Counted from the first letter of the stretch, positions 1-11,873 are shown. The stretch is 64,000 nt of DNA from Firmicutes bacterium UBA2530 (GCA_002340985.1 DDNC01000018.1:116092-180091), one strand, 5' to 3'. Numbers and translations are program-made. The notes: a model not told the origin generated them from the letters alone.

Positions 1-295
1 AAAGATGTATTCTCGGATTCGCGGCATACTTCAGGCTTTCCCATGCCTTGTCGATATCGTCCTTATGAGCGCGAGCAAGGCTTGCCACAGTTATGTTCCG
101 TACATGTTTGGATATTTCCTGTATGGAATGCAAATCCCCCGGCGATGCCGCTGCAAAGCCTGCTTCGATTATATCTACATTCATCCGTTCAAGCTGCTGC
201 GCCATTTCTATTTTTTCCTTTAAATTCATGCTGCAGCCCGGTGACTGCTCTCCGTCTCTCAGTGTTGTGTCAAAAATTTTGATTACTCTTTCCAT
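1..295 (-). CDS. leuA: 2-isopropylmalate synthase, N-terminal part (runs off window start)
   Basis: Manual minus-strand translation [28 protein letters not shown]...[13 protein letters not shown] carries the [15 protein letters not shown] motif; GGAGGT RBS at 301-306; T-box upstream. Not in the ORF track because it is truncated. Confidence 0.9.
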   Translation of the reverse strand, partial: MERVIKIFDTTLRDGEQSPGCSMNLKEKIEMAQQLERMNVDIIEAGFAAASPGDLHSIQEISKHVRNITVASLARAHKDDIDKAWESLKYAANPRIHL

Positions 296-344
296 TTCAA
301 ACCTCCAAATTTTTATTTTGAAATAGAATCCAACCATATGATTT

Positions 345-625
345 CAGCAAATAAAAAATCCGTCCATGAAAGTATAAACTTTCAGGGACGGATATTATCC
401 GCGGTACCACCCATATTGTTTTCTGCATAGATATAAATAAATATCCAAAGAAAACCTCTCGTCAGATTCTAACAAATCTCAGCCTTTAACGGGGCAACGT
501 ATCTTCCTACTTGATTCAGAAAATCGGCTCAGGAGCGAGTGTGCTTTCATGACAGTATCGGCTTGCAGCACCGCCGACTCTCTGCAACATGTCTTTTGAA
601 AGGTTTTTTCTCCATCACAGCTTTT
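345..625 (-). promoter_or_regulatory. T-box riboswitch, probably Leu (CUC specifier), controlling leuA
   Basis: Minus strand AATATGGGTGGTACCGCG T-box at ~400-417; terminator hairpin ~353-397; stem I AGAGA/GGTG elements; CTC triplets at 533-539. Confidence 0.88.
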
Positions 626-646
626 ATTATTTCTTGATTGTTTTGA

Positions 647-675
647 ATTGTAGCAGAGGATTTAAATTTTGTCAA
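647..675 (-). promoter_or_regulatory. sigma-A promoter of the leuA leader
   Basis: Minus strand TTGACA followed by TG-N-TACAAT extended -10. Confidence 0.6.
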
Positions 676-699
676 TAAGCGTTTTAAATTTTTTTAGTT

Positions 700-2073
700 T
701 TATTTATTCAGTGCTTTAATGGCCGCTTTAAGCTGCAGGTCCTCGGCATCACTCTCGGAATGCTGGAGAAGTGCCCTGTACAGCGCATTTTGTGTTGCTA
801 TATCAATTGTTCCGTATGCGTAAAGGAAGTTGTCTCCCTGGAATTTGACAATCTGTTCAAAGGACTTCTGGTCATAAACTCCGTCAGGCTCGCCAACGTC
901 ATATCCCAGTGTGTCCAGAATCATTTCTGCAGCAAGCACATCCAGGCTCACTGTTCCAAGAACAGGTTTCTTTGTTTTACTGAATGAAGGATATTCAGAC
1001 AGGTCCGCCTTCTGGTTTTCAACAACTATGTCAGGAGCAATTCCTACTTTATGTACGGGCTTTCTGTCTACAGAGAAATATTCCGCAGTAGTGAATTTAA
1101 CGCCGCTTCCGTCAAGAAGTGCATAAAGAGACTGAACAACTCCTTTTCCGAATGAGTTTGTTCCCACTATTATGCCTTCGTTCTTGTACTTTACGGCCCC
1201 CGCAAATACTTCCGTTGCACTGGCGCTGCCGCCGTTAATCAATAAGGCAATTTCATATTTCTGTTTCTTCAGGGTGCTCTCATAAATATCTTCCTCGCCT
1301 GTAGCGTAGTCAACATATACTACGGGCCCTTCAGTAACGAAGAGATTGAGCATACCAACCGCAGAGTCAAGTGTTCCTCCGCCGTTGTTTCTCATGTCTA
1401 TTACAATTTTTTTAACGTCGCCGGCATCAAATTTTTCCAGCTCTTTTTTAACAAGGTCCACAGTGTTATCCGAAAAATCTGTAACTTTCAGGTAACCAAC
1501 GTTGTTGTCCATTATTTTTCCTTCAACACCGCTTATTATGATGGCTCTTCTCACTATGTCAAATGTCAGAGTTTCTCCGCTGCGCACCACACCTATTTTT
1601 ACATGTGTTCCCTCCGCTCCCTTAATGAGCAGGGATGCCTGTGACGTAGTAAGTCCGGTTATATCGGCACCGTCAACATATTTAATGATGTCCCCTGGCT
1701 TTATGCCTGCTTCCAGTGCCGGTGAGCTGGGAAGGGGAGTAATAACGACTATATTTCCGTTTGAGTCTATAATCTGCACGCCTATGCCCGTGAATTCACC
1801 TGCCGTATCCTCAAGCAGCGCCATGTATTCCTCATGCGTGTAATGTGTGCTGTAATCATCGAGAATTCCGAAAAATCCGTCATACAGGCCGTTCAGTATA
1901 TCTTCCTGATTTACCTCGTATTGATATCCATCAAGCACAAAGTAAATAACATTCTTCATAAATTCAACGTCAGAATCAAATTTATCCTTATCCATTTCAG
2001 CAGCAAATGCTGTTGATGCAAATGAAGATAAAACCATTACCACTGCGAGAATTAAACATAATTTTCTTTTCAT
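700..2073 (-). CDS. ctpA: C-terminal processing protease (S41) with PDZ and peptidoglycan-binding domain
   Basis: Signal peptide; FTGIG PDZ entry; DMRNNGGG; SASATE catalytic Ser; FGKGVVQ; C-terminal PG-binding-like segment. Confidence 0.88.
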   Translation of the reverse strand: MKRKLCLILAVVMVLSSFASTAFAAEMDKDKFDSDVEFMKNVIYFVLDGYQYEVNQEDILNGLYDGFFGILDDYSTHYTHEEYMALLEDTAGEFTGIGVQIIDSNGNIVVITPLPSSPALEAGIKPGDIIKYVDGADITGLTTSQASLLIKGAEGTHVKIGVVRSGETLTFDIVRRAIIISGVEGKIMDNNVGYLKVTDFSDNTVDLVKKELEKFDAGDVKKIVIDMRNNGGGTLDSAVGMLNLFVTEGPVVYVDYATGEEDIYESTLKKQKYEIALLINGGSASATEVFAGAVKYKNEGIIVGTNSFGKGVVQSLYALLDGSGVKFTTAEYFSVDRKPVHKVGIAPDIVVENQKADLSEYPSFSKTKKPVLGTVSLDVLAAEMILDTLGYDVGEPDGVYDQKSFEQIVKFQGDNFLYAYGTIDIATQNALYRALLQHSESDAEDLQLKAAIKALNK

Positions 2074-2414
2074 AGTCCACCTCTTTCTTTAGTACTGACA
2101 TAAGTATATTTCAAAAGGGACAAAGTGTAAAGGAATAATATAGCTTAAAAATCTGCGATACTTCTTTTAATTTAAAATGCGGAATAGTATTATAATATGC
2201 GAATTTTGTCACGTGCAGGAAAGTCAGTATTTATTTTCAGGAATTGTGCGTTTATTTCTTTGTATAATTCCGTAATTTATATTATAATATATGTTAAACC
2301 AACAATAGATTTTATCCTTATGGGATGCCTTGCGGAGATTGAGGAAATTAATTTTGACTTTAAGAGGCTTTTAGGGTAAAATATATAATCAGAAAAATTA
2401 AAAATGAGGGAAAA

Positions 2415-3389
2415 ATGAACAGAAATTATAAAACATCAAGCTTGACAGAAGCTGCTATGATAACAGGAATACTTGTGGTAATAGCGTACTTGGCATCTTT
2501 TTTTTCGGTCGTAATGTTTTTTTATCCCACCCCTGCAATTATACTTGCTAAACGAAAGGGCATCAAATATTCAACCATGGCTCTCATAGCATCGGATATT
2601 ATAATTGCAATACTTTTGGGAATACAATCCGGAATGATGTTTTTGATACTGTATACTCCTCTGGCTGTTGCTCTTTCCTACGGAATATACAGGGATAAGG
2701 ACGCAAACAGGACTATTTTGATGGGTTCAGCCGCATATATGATTTCATTTGTTGTCATGATAATGCTCATGGACGCATTTTTAGGAATAAATTTTCTCCA
2801 GCAGCTCAAGGATATTTATGCTGAGAGTTTCCAGATGACAAAGGATATGCTGTCAGGCATGCCTGCAGGAATGCAGAATGAAAATATAGATAAGGTTATA
2901 AAAACATATGATGAAATGGGGCCTATGATTATAAGCTTTATTTCAAATATATTTCCGGCGGTGCTCATAGTGTCATCTGTTGCAACAGCATATGTTAATT
3001 ATATGGTTGCGTTTAAATTTGCAAAACGATTTTCAATTACCGTCAGACCTCACGAGGGAATTGCGTATTTTTCATTTCCGAGAACATTTATGACCGCAAT
3101 TGCCGTGATGATGCTTTTGTCCTACCTGCTGGGAGTATTCGGAATAGATGCAGGTATCATTCAGGCAAACTTAATTATGATTTTATTCATAGCAATGTAT
3201 TTGCAGGGATTTGCTGTCACTAAATTTTTTGTGCTGAGAAGCCGTATGAGTATAGGATATAAAAGAATTTCATTATTCATGCTGTTGTTTATTTCGCTTT
3301 TTATGATTCCGGGTCTCGCCTTTGCTGTTGCGCTGGCAGGTCTGGTAGATTTGGCAATAGATTTGAGAAAAATAAATAGGACGGTATAA
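2415..3389 (+). CDS. yybS: YybS/DUF2232 family membrane protein
   Basis: Polytopic membrane protein directly upstream of gdpP-rplI-dnaB (conserved synteny). Confidence 0.8.
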   Translation: MNRNYKTSSLTEAAMITGILVVIAYLASFFSVVMFFYPTPAIILAKRKGIKYSTMALIASDIIIAILLGIQSGMMFLILYTPLAVALSYGIYRDKDANRTILMGSAAYMISFVVMIMLMDAFLGINFLQQLKDIYAESFQMTKDMLSGMPAGMQNENIDKVIKTYDEMGPMIISFISNIFPAVLIVSSVATAYVNYMVAFKFAKRFSITVRPHEGIAYFSFPRTFMTAIAVMMLLSYLLGVFGIDAGIIQANLIMILFIAMYLQGFAVTKFFVLRSRMSIGYKRISLFMLLFISLFMIPGLAFAVALAGLVDLAIDLRKINRTV

Positions 3390-3408
3390 CCGTTAAAGGA
3401 GGCAGAGA

Positions 3409-5418
3409 TTGGATAATAAGAAAACTCCTAATTTTTTGAGAGATGACAGCTTGGTTTATCTTGCGCTGAATACTTTTACCATACTGGTTTTACTGATTAA
3501 TGGCATGTACATATATGCCGCGGCCGCAGCACTTATACTGGCAATTATTGCTGCTGTCGCCTTCAGAAGGCAGCTTCAGAGAGAAAAGGACCTGAAAAAA
3601 TACATAATTGATTATACAAAGAATATTGAAAACTTGTCAGTAAACTCATTTTACTATTCTCCCATACCAATAAGTATAATAGGGCCATTCGGTCAGATAT
3701 TCTGGTTCAATAAAAAGTTCAAGGAGCTTGTTGGGGATGAGATAGATAATATCGAAAATATCGACGAGTTTATCCGCGGTTTCCCTGTTAAAACAATGGC
3801 AGACAACCGGGAAGGAACAATAAACAGTGTTGAGATTGCCGATTCAGGTAAAACCTTCAATATTATGTACTACAGCCTCGAGGAGGGACGATTTGGTGAA
3901 GGTATTTCCTATGTGTGCTACTGGAATGAAAATACGGCATTTGCAAATCTTAAGGCGAAATATAACGATGAACGTCCCGTTGCAATGCTGGTACAAATAG
4001 ATAATTACGATGAAATATCGGAAAAGCTCGATAAGGGTGAAAAATCTGCAATGACAGCGGAAGTTGAAAAAATACTTAACAGATATGCTTCTGAAATGAA
4101 TGGCTTCGTACTGAGATATGATACCGCGAGGTTTCTGATGATGATTGAAAACGGATTTTTAGAGTCTCTTGAATCAAGAAAATTTTCAATGCTTGAAGAT
4201 GTGAAGGCTCTGAAAGGAGCCGGGGATTTCAATTTTACGCTCAGCGTAGGAACAGGCGTGCTGGCCAAGAATCTGACACAGCTTTTAGAGTACGCCAAAG
4301 GAGCATTGGATGTGGCACTCGGAAGAGGAGGAGATCAGGCTGTAGTAAAAAGAATCAACTCCGTTAAATTCTATGGCGGTAAAAGCAAGGCTGTTGAAAA
4401 GAGAACCAAGGTTAAGGCAAGAATTATTTCCTACGCCTTAAGGCAAATAATGGACCAGAGCTCAAATGTTATAATAATGGGGCACAGAGTAGGTGATATG
4501 GACAGTCTCGGTGCTTCCATAGGACTTTATGCAATGGCAAGAAGCAGAGGAAAAAAAGCATACATTGTGCTTAATACCGTGAACCATGCGTTGAAAAATA
4601 TGTATGAGCGCATGAAGCATGAGGAAAGCCACTACCTGGATGCCCTCATAAGCACGGAAACCGCAATGAACATGATTGACCAGAACACGCTGGTGGTTGT
4701 GCTTGACACTCACAGGCCCAGTTACACCGAAGCACCTGAACTTCTCACCAAGGTGGATAAAATAGTTCTTATTGACCATCATAGAAGAAGCGAGGAATAT
4801 ATTGAAAATCCGCTGCTCGATTATATAGAGCCCTATGCTTCATCAACATGTGAGCTGATTTCAGAGCTTGTTCAATATATGGAGGATCATATTAAGCTGA
4901 CGAAATTTGAGGCGGATGCACTTTTGGCAGGAATAGTGCTGGATACAAACTCATTTACATTCAAGACAGGAGTCAGAACATTTGAGGCAGCATCCTTCCT
5001 GAGGAGGAACAACGCTGATACAACCGATGTCAAGGAGCTGTTCAATGAGAGTCTGGAATCAATGAAAAGGAAGACTGAAATAATCGAAAGATCTGAAATA
5101 GTCTTTGATGATGCTGCAGTTTCATATATAGATGAAATTTCTGAGGATTCAAACGTTATAGCGGCGCAGGGGGCCGATGAGCTCCTTACCATAAAGGATA
5201 TTAAGATGAGCTTTGTGCTTGTGAGAAACAAGGACTACATAAATATAAGCGCACGGTCTACAGGACCTATAAACGTACAGGTAATAATGGAGAGCCTTGG
5301 AGGCGGAGGACACCTGAACATGGCTGGGGCGCAGATACCAACTCATGATATGGATGAAGCAAAATATAAATTAATAGAAGCAATATCTCATTACAAGAAG
5401 GAGAACAAGGAAGAATGA
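3409..5418 (+). CDS. gdpP: c-di-AMP phosphodiesterase GdpP (TM-PAS-degenerate GGDEF-DHH/DHHA1)
   Basis: GRGGDQ, IMGH..DMDS, LIDHH, GGGGH motifs; synteny. Confidence 0.92.
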   Translation: MDNKKTPNFLRDDSLVYLALNTFTILVLLINGMYIYAAAAALILAIIAAVAFRRQLQREKDLKKYIIDYTKNIENLSVNSFYYSPIPISIIGPFGQIFWFNKKFKELVGDEIDNIENIDEFIRGFPVKTMADNREGTINSVEIADSGKTFNIMYYSLEEGRFGEGISYVCYWNENTAFANLKAKYNDERPVAMLVQIDNYDEISEKLDKGEKSAMTAEVEKILNRYASEMNGFVLRYDTARFLMMIENGFLESLESRKFSMLEDVKALKGAGDFNFTLSVGTGVLAKNLTQLLEYAKGALDVALGRGGDQAVVKRINSVKFYGGKSKAVEKRTKVKARIISYALRQIMDQSSNVIIMGHRVGDMDSLGASIGLYAMARSRGKKAYIVLNTVNHALKNMYERMKHEESHYLDALISTETAMNMIDQNTLVVVLDTHRPSYTEAPELLTKVDKIVLIDHHRRSEEYIENPLLDYIEPYASSTCELISELVQYMEDHIKLTKFEADALLAGIVLDTNSFTFKTGVRTFEAASFLRRNNADTTDVKELFNESLESMKRKTEIIERSEIVFDDAAVSYIDEISEDSNVIAAQGADELLTIKDIKMSFVLVRNKDYINISARSTGPINVQVIMESLGGGGHLNMAGAQIPTHDMDEAKYKLIEAISHYKKENKEE

Positions 5419-5861
5419 AAGTAATATTATTGGAAGATGTTAAGAATGTAGGGAAAAAGGGCAATATCATAAATGCCAAGGATGGGTATGCAAGGAATTT
5501 CCTGTTTCCTAAAAATTTAGCTATAGAAGCAACACCTGTAAATCTGAAGAATCTGGAAAATGCAAAGCAGCTTCAGGAAGCAAAGGAAAAGGAAATATAT
5601 GATGAAGCAAAGAAATTAGAGGAAGAATTAACTAAAATTACAGTAGTCATCAAGACGAAGACAGGAGAAAACGGCAAGCTGTTCGGTGCTGTAACAACTA
5701 AGGAAATTGCCGAGTATATTGAAAAAGATCACGGATTTGCCATTGACAAGAAAAAATATGATTTGGATGAGCCTATAAAATCCGTGGGTGAATATTTCGT
5801 AAAAATTAAGCTTCATTCACAGGTTAACGCAAAGGTGAAAGTTATAGTTACAGAAAAATAA
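5415..5861 (+). CDS. rplI: 50S ribosomal protein L9
   Basis: [33 protein letters not shown]. Confidence 0.97.
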   Translation: MKVILLEDVKNVGKKGNIINAKDGYARNFLFPKNLAIEATPVNLKNLENAKQLQEAKEKEIYDEAKKLEEELTKITVVIKTKTGENGKLFGAVTTKEIAEYIEKDHGFAIDKKKYDLDEPIKSVGEYFVKIKLHSQVNAKVKVIVTEK

Positions 5862-5873
5862 AAGAGGATTGAA

Positions 5874-7205
5874 ATGTCTGATTTGATTAATATGGGAAAG
5901 GTTCCGCCTCACAGTGCCGAGGCGGAGCAGACTGTGCTTGCATCCGCTTTGATTGACCATGTCGCTGTCGAGAAGGTAATGAATTTACTGAAGGCAGAGG
6001 ACTTCTATTTTGAGGCAAACAGAGAAATCTTCGACTCCATAAGACAGGTGCATATGCAGAATATGCCGGTGGATGCCCTCATTGTTGCCGAAGAGCTGAA
6101 AAAAAGAGGCAAGATTGATTATGTGGGCGGGTTTGAATATCTGGCAAAATTAACAGAAAATATAATAACCTCAAAGAACGTTGAGGCATACTGCGGCATT
6201 GTCAGGGAAAAATCCACTCTGCGCAAGCTCATAAGTGTTTCCGGGGAAATAATTGAAAAGGGTTACAAGGAAAACGACGATGTTCAGAAGATAATCGAGT
6301 TAGCGGAGTCAAGGATATTTTCCATATCTCAGAACAGAAGCGTAAATTCTTTTGCCGAAATCAAGGATGTGCTCATGAATGTGTTCAACACTCTTGAGGA
6401 AAGAGCAATGAACAAGGGTAGTATTACAGGTCTCACCACAGGCTACATCGACCTTGACAGAATGACCTCGGGACTCCAGAGGTCTGACCTTGTGTTGCTT
6501 GCGGCAAGACCGTCAATGGGAAAGACAGCACTTGCCCTGAACATTGCCATGAATGCCGTTAAAACCGGTGCTTCCGTGGCACTGTTCAGTCTTGAGATGT
6601 CCAAGGAGCAGTATGTTCAGAGAATTATAAGCATGGAATCCATGGTTGACAGCTCAAAGCTCAGGACGGGAAATCTTGACGACGAGGATTGGACAAGGCT
6701 TATTTCCACAATGAGCACTGTTTCCAACCACAAAATTTTTATTGACGATACAGCGGCTATTTCTGTTTTCGAGCTCATGTCCAAGTGCAGGCGTCTTAAA
6801 ATGGAAAAGGGACTGGATTTAATAGTTATAGACTATCTCCAGCTTATGTCAGACGGAACGAATTCCACCAACAGGCAGCAGGAAATTTCAAATATATCCC
6901 GTGGTCTGAAGGCCCTGGCAAGAGAAATGGACTGCCCCGTAATGGCATTGTCACAGCTGTCCCGTGCGCCGGAGCTCCGTCAGGACCACAGACCTATAAT
7001 GTCTGACCTCAGAGAGTCCGGAGCAATAGAGCAGGACGCTGACGTTGTGCTCATGCTTTACAGGGACGAATACTATTTCAAGGAAGAGTCTGAGAAAAAA
7101 GGAATTACCGATGTAATCATAGCCAAGCAGAGAAACGGTCCAGTGGGAACCGTAGAGCTTGCATGGATAAGCCAGTACACAAAATTTGGAAATATACAGA
7201 AGTAA
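5874..7205 (+). CDS. dnaB: Replicative DNA helicase
   Basis: PPHSAEAEQ, ARPSMGKT Walker A, IDYLQL, SQLSR, DLRESGAIEQDAD, KQRNGP. Confidence 0.97.
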   Translation: MSDLINMGKVPPHSAEAEQTVLASALIDHVAVEKVMNLLKAEDFYFEANREIFDSIRQVHMQNMPVDALIVAEELKKRGKIDYVGGFEYLAKLTENIITSKNVEAYCGIVREKSTLRKLISVSGEIIEKGYKENDDVQKIIELAESRIFSISQNRSVNSFAEIKDVLMNVFNTLEERAMNKGSITGLTTGYIDLDRMTSGLQRSDLVLLAARPSMGKTALALNIAMNAVKTGASVALFSLEMSKEQYVQRIISMESMVDSSKLRTGNLDDEDWTRLISTMSTVSNHKIFIDDTAAISVFELMSKCRRLKMEKGLDLIVIDYLQLMSDGTNSTNRQQEISNISRGLKALAREMDCPVMALSQLSRAPELRQDHRPIMSDLRESGAIEQDADVVLMLYRDEYYFKEESEKKGITDVIIAKQRNGPVGTVELAWISQYTKFGNIQK

Positions 7206-7218
7206 CAGATAACTTAAG

Positions 7219-7245
7219 AAGGGCGCTGAGCGCCCTAATTTTTTA
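7219..7245. terminator. Intrinsic terminator between the convergent dnaB and SipL-like genes
   Basis: AGGGCGCT/AGCGCCCT stem followed by a T-run. Confidence 0.6.
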
Positions 7246-7263
7246 GCATTTTATGTTTCAAGA

Positions 7264-8811
7264 TTACACCATTCTTGCTATCACTATTTTCGTTCCTGGT
7301 GCAAGTGCGTTGTCTTCGGGGATGTCGTTCAATTCCTTCAGGTAATTGATTGACAAATTGTAGTTCTTTGCAATATCCCACACTGTTTCTCCCGGCTGAA
7401 CAACTCTGAACACGAGACTCGGCATCTTGCTTCTTTCAATGGGCCCTTCCTCGGTTATGTTGCTGATTACTGAAATTTCGTTGTTGCCTCTCATTTTCAT
7501 TCCAACGTTTATATCGCAGTTGACTATGACAGAATTGCTTCCCTTTCTGTATGCTCCGCATTTTGCAATATCCACATTTGATGTGATGTCATCAGACAGT
7601 TCGCTTTCCTTTAGATCTATGGAAGCCGTAAATGGCAGTGATGCATAGGCTTTGTCAATTTTGTTAATCTCTCCGTTAAGGTACAGCAAATTAACATCAA
7701 GGAATCCGTCAACAACGTATTTGTCGTCAAAAATTCTTTTTTCCGAAATTTTTGGGCTTACATCTACGGTGTAGATATCCTTTATGGATCCGGAAACAAC
7801 ATCAAAATTATTTTCATATTTAACAGTCTTATTTACAATGTTGTTCATGGATGTCAGCTTTACTTTTGCTGACTCCAGATTCAGCAGGCAGCTGGTGGAG
7901 TAGCAGTCGGTTATTATATTTTTTTCCGCAACACTGTACATTGCTGCATTTACTGTAAACGGCAGGTTAAATTCAATGAGTTTTTTTTCACCGTCATAAT
8001 TTTCAGCGATGTTGTATGTCATTTCATTTAATGCTACACTTATGTCCTTGAGCACATCGTCACCTGAGTTCTTCACCTCAATGTAGTGTGTAAAAGGAAA
8101 CTCTTCAGCCACATATGCCGCCGCATTCAGGCTGTTGTCCTCTGTGTATAGAAATCCCACTTTGCAGGTTCCCTCAACCAGCATTTTATCATCCAGAGAA
8201 TCAATGCTGGTAATGAATACCTCAGATTCTGACTTCAGTATCCTGGATATTTCATCAGAACCCTTGCTTAGCTCCACCGCATCATTGATTGTTATTTCTT
8301 CAGACAGCACAGATGCCTGGTCGGTGTACTTTACATTTTGGGTCTTTGCCTGAAAGCTGCCGTCTGACTCAAGATTTGAGACGAAGTTGACAGGATGCTT
8401 GTTTATTACATCAGTATCAAGCAGTATAACTGATTTTACCATGTAGCTTCTGTCATTTACATTCTCTGCATCTATGTAATCAATATATGCGGCAGACTGT
8501 GCCTCCATTCCTTCTCTGGCTCCCGAAACCGGAATCTCCTCGGTGAACGGTATTTTTCCCGACATGGAATTTGCCATGATATCCTCATCATTTGAGCGGT
8601 AAATTATGTTGTAAACCAATGTTCCTTCCACTACAACGGCATCATTCTTCACTGAAGTTTTATCAACTTTTGCTTTGCCCTCCGCGGATATTATTTTTTC
8701 TATTGCCGGAGTATTGTCAGAAAGTGCAAACTCGTTTTCCAGCATAACCTCAGCGGAATTTGAGTCAATGATTTCACTAATATTAAAAGTATCGCCTATT
8801 AATTTAAACAA
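7264..8811 (-). CDS. sipL: Spore coat morphogenetic protein, SPOCS (DUF3794) repeats plus C-terminal LysM (SipL-like)
   Basis: Repeated beta-rich units; C-terminal LysM VVQPGETVWDIAKNY; likely TTG start at 8811 after GGAGG. Confidence 0.75.
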   Translation of the reverse strand: MFKLIGDTFNISEIIDSNSAEVMLENEFALSDNTPAIEKIISAEGKAKVDKTSVKNDAVVVEGTLVYNIIYRSNDEDIMANSMSGKIPFTEEIPVSGAREGMEAQSAAYIDYIDAENVNDRSYMVKSVILLDTDVINKHPVNFVSNLESDGSFQAKTQNVKYTDQASVLSEEITINDAVELSKGSDEISRILKSESEVFITSIDSLDDKMLVEGTCKVGFLYTEDNSLNAAAYVAEEFPFTHYIEVKNSGDDVLKDISVALNEMTYNIAENYDGEKKLIEFNLPFTVNAAMYSVAEKNIITDCYSTSCLLNLESAKVKLTSMNNIVNKTVKYENNFDVVSGSIKDIYTVDVSPKISEKRIFDDKYVVDGFLDVNLLYLNGEINKIDKAYASLPFTASIDLKESELSDDITSNVDIAKCGAYRKGSNSVIVNCDINVGMKMRGNNEISVISNITEEGPIERSKMPSLVFRVVQPGETVWDIAKNYNLSINYLKELNDIPEDNALAPGTKIVIARMV

Positions 8812-9111
8812 GTTGAATCCTCCTTTATGAAACAGATGTGTTCGCATTCTTTTATAAATGTATATGCGCCATACATTCTGATAGTACAACTTTGGTATAA
8901 ATTTTTTGAAAAAAACCATTGACCTTTTACTTTTTTTAATATAGAATTGGAAAGTAATATTTATATAAATTATATAATTTTATTTTTTGACGAACTATAT
9001 ATGTTTATGATAGAGACTAAAAAAAAAACCCCTTTTTTGTCTCTGTTTTTATGTTTAAGGGGATTATCAAATATTAAGAACGGTAGCAGGATGGAGAAAC
9101 AGGAGGAAAAA

Positions 9112-10716
9112 ATGCCAAAATATATTTTTGTAACGGGAGGAGTCGTATCTTCGTTAGGCAAGGGGATAACGGCAGCATCGTTGGGTAGGCTGCTTAAAGC
9201 AAGAGGACTTAAGGTTACTCTTCAGAAATTTGATCCGTATTTGAACGTGGACCCGGGCACAATGAGCCCTTATCAGCACGGAGAGGTTTATGTTACGGAT
9301 GACGGAGCGGAGACAGATCTGGACTTAGGCCACTATGAGAGAATAGTGGACATTGATTTAACCAAGTACAGCAGCATAACGTCAGGAAAAGTTTACTGGT
9401 CTGTTTTAAACAAGGAAAGAAGAGGAGATTATTTGGGAGGGACAGTCCAGGTAATTCCCCATATAACCAACGAAATAAAAGGCCTGTTAAAAAGAGTCGC
9501 TACTGTTAAGGATGTTGACGTTGTTATTACCGAAATAGGCGGTACAGTAGGAGATATTGAAAGTCAGCCGTTCTTGGAAGCAATTCGCCAGATTCGATAT
9601 GAGGTTGGAAGAGAAAATGTAATGTACATACATGTTACGCTGCTTCCTTATCTGTCAAAGGCAGGAGAGCTTAAAACAAAGCCAACGCAGCACAGCGTAA
9701 AGGAGCTTTTGAGCATAGGAATACAGCCTGATGTCCTGGTGTGCAGGACAGAGAAGGAAATAAGTGATGACCTTAAGGCTAAAATAGCATTGTTCTGCAA
9801 TGTTGACAAGCAGCATGTAATTCAGAATACGGATGCGGATTCACTGTATGACATACCTCTTCTTCTTGAAAACGAAGGGTTGGACAAAATAGTGTGCAGT
9901 CACTTCGGAATGAACTGCAAGGAGCCTGATTTGACAGAGTGGAAGGACATGGTTCAGCGATCCAAGAATCCTGCGCACTATGTTAAGATTTCACTTGTGG
10001 GCAAGTATGTGGAGCTGAAGGACGCTTACCTTTCCGTTGCGGAAGCATTAAAGCATGCAGGAATAGATAATTCAGCTGAAGTTGAAATAGATTGGGTGCA
10101 TTCAGATGAAGTGAATGAGAGCAACTATGAAGAAATACTCAGGGGAAGCAACGGAATATTGGTTCCCGGCGGCTTCGGAGACAGAGGAATAGAAGGCAAG
10201 GTGCTGGCTGCAAGATATGCAAGAGAAAACGGTGTGCCGTTCCTTGGGATATGTCTTGGAATGCAGATGGCTGTTGTGGATTTTGCCAGAGGAGTACTGA
10301 AATACGGTGATGCTCACAGCACAGAGTTCAATCCCGAAACAGAACATCCTTTAATAGATATTATGAACGACCAGAAGGATGTTGAGAACAAGGGCGGAAC
10401 AATGAGGCTGGGCAGCTATCCGTGCAGGCTTGTTGATGGAACAAAGGCCAAAGAAGCATATGAAGGTGCGGACATGATTAATGAAAGACACCGACACAGA
10501 TTTGAGTTCAACAATGAATTCAGGGAAGAGTGCGAGAAAAACGGGCTGATAATTTCCGGAACGTCACCGGATAACAGGCTTGTTGAAATTGTGGAGCTCA
10601 AGGACCATCCATGGTTTGTTGCGGCTCAGTTCCATCCGGAATTCAAATCACGACCTACAAGAAGCCATCCGTTGTTCAAAAATCTGATAAAGGCATCAAT
10701 TGAAAATAAGAAATAA
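9112..10716 (+). CDS. pyrG: CTP synthase
   Basis: [38 protein letters not shown] before ATG 9112. Confidence 0.97.
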   Translation: MPKYIFVTGGVVSSLGKGITAASLGRLLKARGLKVTLQKFDPYLNVDPGTMSPYQHGEVYVTDDGAETDLDLGHYERIVDIDLTKYSSITSGKVYWSVLNKERRGDYLGGTVQVIPHITNEIKGLLKRVATVKDVDVVITEIGGTVGDIESQPFLEAIRQIRYEVGRENVMYIHVTLLPYLSKAGELKTKPTQHSVKELLSIGIQPDVLVCRTEKEISDDLKAKIALFCNVDKQHVIQNTDADSLYDIPLLLENEGLDKIVCSHFGMNCKEPDLTEWKDMVQRSKNPAHYVKISLVGKYVELKDAYLSVAEALKHAGIDNSAEVEIDWVHSDEVNESNYEEILRGSNGILVPGGFGDRGIEGKVLAARYARENGVPFLGICLGMQMAVVDFARGVLKYGDAHSTEFNPETEHPLIDIMNDQKDVENKGGTMRLGSYPCRLVDGTKAKEAYEGADMINERHRHRFEFNNEFREECEKNGLIISGTSPDNRLVEIVELKDHPWFVAAQFHPEFKSRPTRSHPLFKNLIKASIENKK

Positions 10717-10725
10717 AAAAGAAAC

Positions 10726-10760
10726 AAAGGTCATTCCCGTAAATCCGGGAATGACCTTTT
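10726..10760. terminator. Bidirectional terminator between pyrG and the O-antigen ligase-like gene
   Basis: 14-bp perfect inverted repeat AAAGGTCATTCCCG/CGGGAATGACCTTT. Confidence 0.75.
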
Positions 10761-11873
10761 CTTATTAAGAGTTCCTGCATACATGCTCAGCATTATCATT
10801 ATTTGTGGGGTTAAGGGAATAGAATCCACCAATCCGCTGATCATTGTCATGGCCAGCACGGCAAAGGCAGTGATACTTCGCAATTTTTTAAAAATGCCGG
10901 CCGCGATTATCGAAAATATTGAAAATCCAAGAAATCCTGTTTCAGTTATAATCTGTAGATATATGTTGTGGCAATGCTCTATTTTTGTGCTTACGGATGA
11001 CGAATATTTCGAAATATGCATAAAAAGTGTTCCAAAGCCTATGCCTGATACGAAATTGTCCTTTATGATTTCAATGCAGGCTTTCCACACATCCAGTCTG
11101 TAAAGAAAGGAACTGTCTTCCATTGCTCTTGAAGGGTTAGCCCGACCTATTCCCATCAGTGCATCCGTACCGAATATGGCAATGACTAATATTAAAATAT
11201 ATTTTATGTACTTTTTGTCCCGCAGAGCTGCAGCTGATAGTCCTGCCAGCAGGGAAACCCATGCTGTTCTTGAAAATGTCAGGATTAAACAGGCTGTACC
11301 TATTACAAATACTGCCGATTCAAGACTTATTTTCCTGAGGTCAAGATTTTCACACGCTATTAAAATAATGAAGCTTATATAGAATCCAAAGACGTTAGGA
11401 TTGTAAAATGTTGAGTAAATGCGCCTGTTGATGCTGTATTCACCGGAGTCAACCCACTTGGATGGTATGGAAAATCCAGGGCTGAAATATTGCAGTATTC
11501 CTATAATAAATACAGCCAATGATACAATGAGAAGCAAGCCTTTTAATTTATCAAGTTGGCTCGAATTCAATGAGCTGAATATATGGAAGGAATATAGGCA
11601 GAGCAGCATTATCACAGCATACACCGCAGAAATCAATTTATAGTCTGAAGATATTAAACCTATTGCCACATAAGCATATACTAATATATCAAGCATGCTC
11701 ATTTCCCTTATTCTGCTGTTTTTTCTGAAGAGTCCCACAATAAAAACTGCTGCAACAAATATATATGCAGCAGGAATAAACAAAGCGGATAAAATCAATA
11801 ATAAAAATGGTGTAAAGCAATTCTTAACAGAGGTAGGCTCTGTTATTAAGTTGCCTGTAATTTCATAATTCAT
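10731..11873 (-). CDS. O-antigen ligase-like (Wzy_C) membrane protein
   Basis: RIYSTFYNPN, LTFSRTAW, R..VW, GIGFG, HCHNIYLQ...ETG motifs. Confidence 0.8.
   Translation of the reverse strand: MNYEITGNLITEPTSVKNCFTPFLLLILSALFIPAAYIFVAAVFIVGLFRKNSRIREMSMLDILVYAYVAIGLISSDYKLISAVYAVIMLLCLYSFHIFSSLNSSQLDKLKGLLLIVSLAVFIIGILQYFSPGFSIPSKWVDSGEYSINRRIYSTFYNPNVFGFYISFIILIACENLDLRKISLESAVFVIGTACLILTFSRTAWVSLLAGLSAAALRDKKYIKYILILVIAIFGTDALMGIGRANPSRAMEDSSFLYRLDVWKACIEIIKDNFVSGIGFGTLFMHISKYSSSVSTKIEHCHNIYLQIITETGFLGFSIFSIIAAGIFKKLRSITAFAVLAMTMISGLVDSIPLTPQIMIMLSMYAGTLNKKRSFPDLRE

Noticed and set aside
5..326. Three short plus-strand ORFs in the track
   Set aside because: They are antisense shadows of the leuA 5' end on the minus strand.
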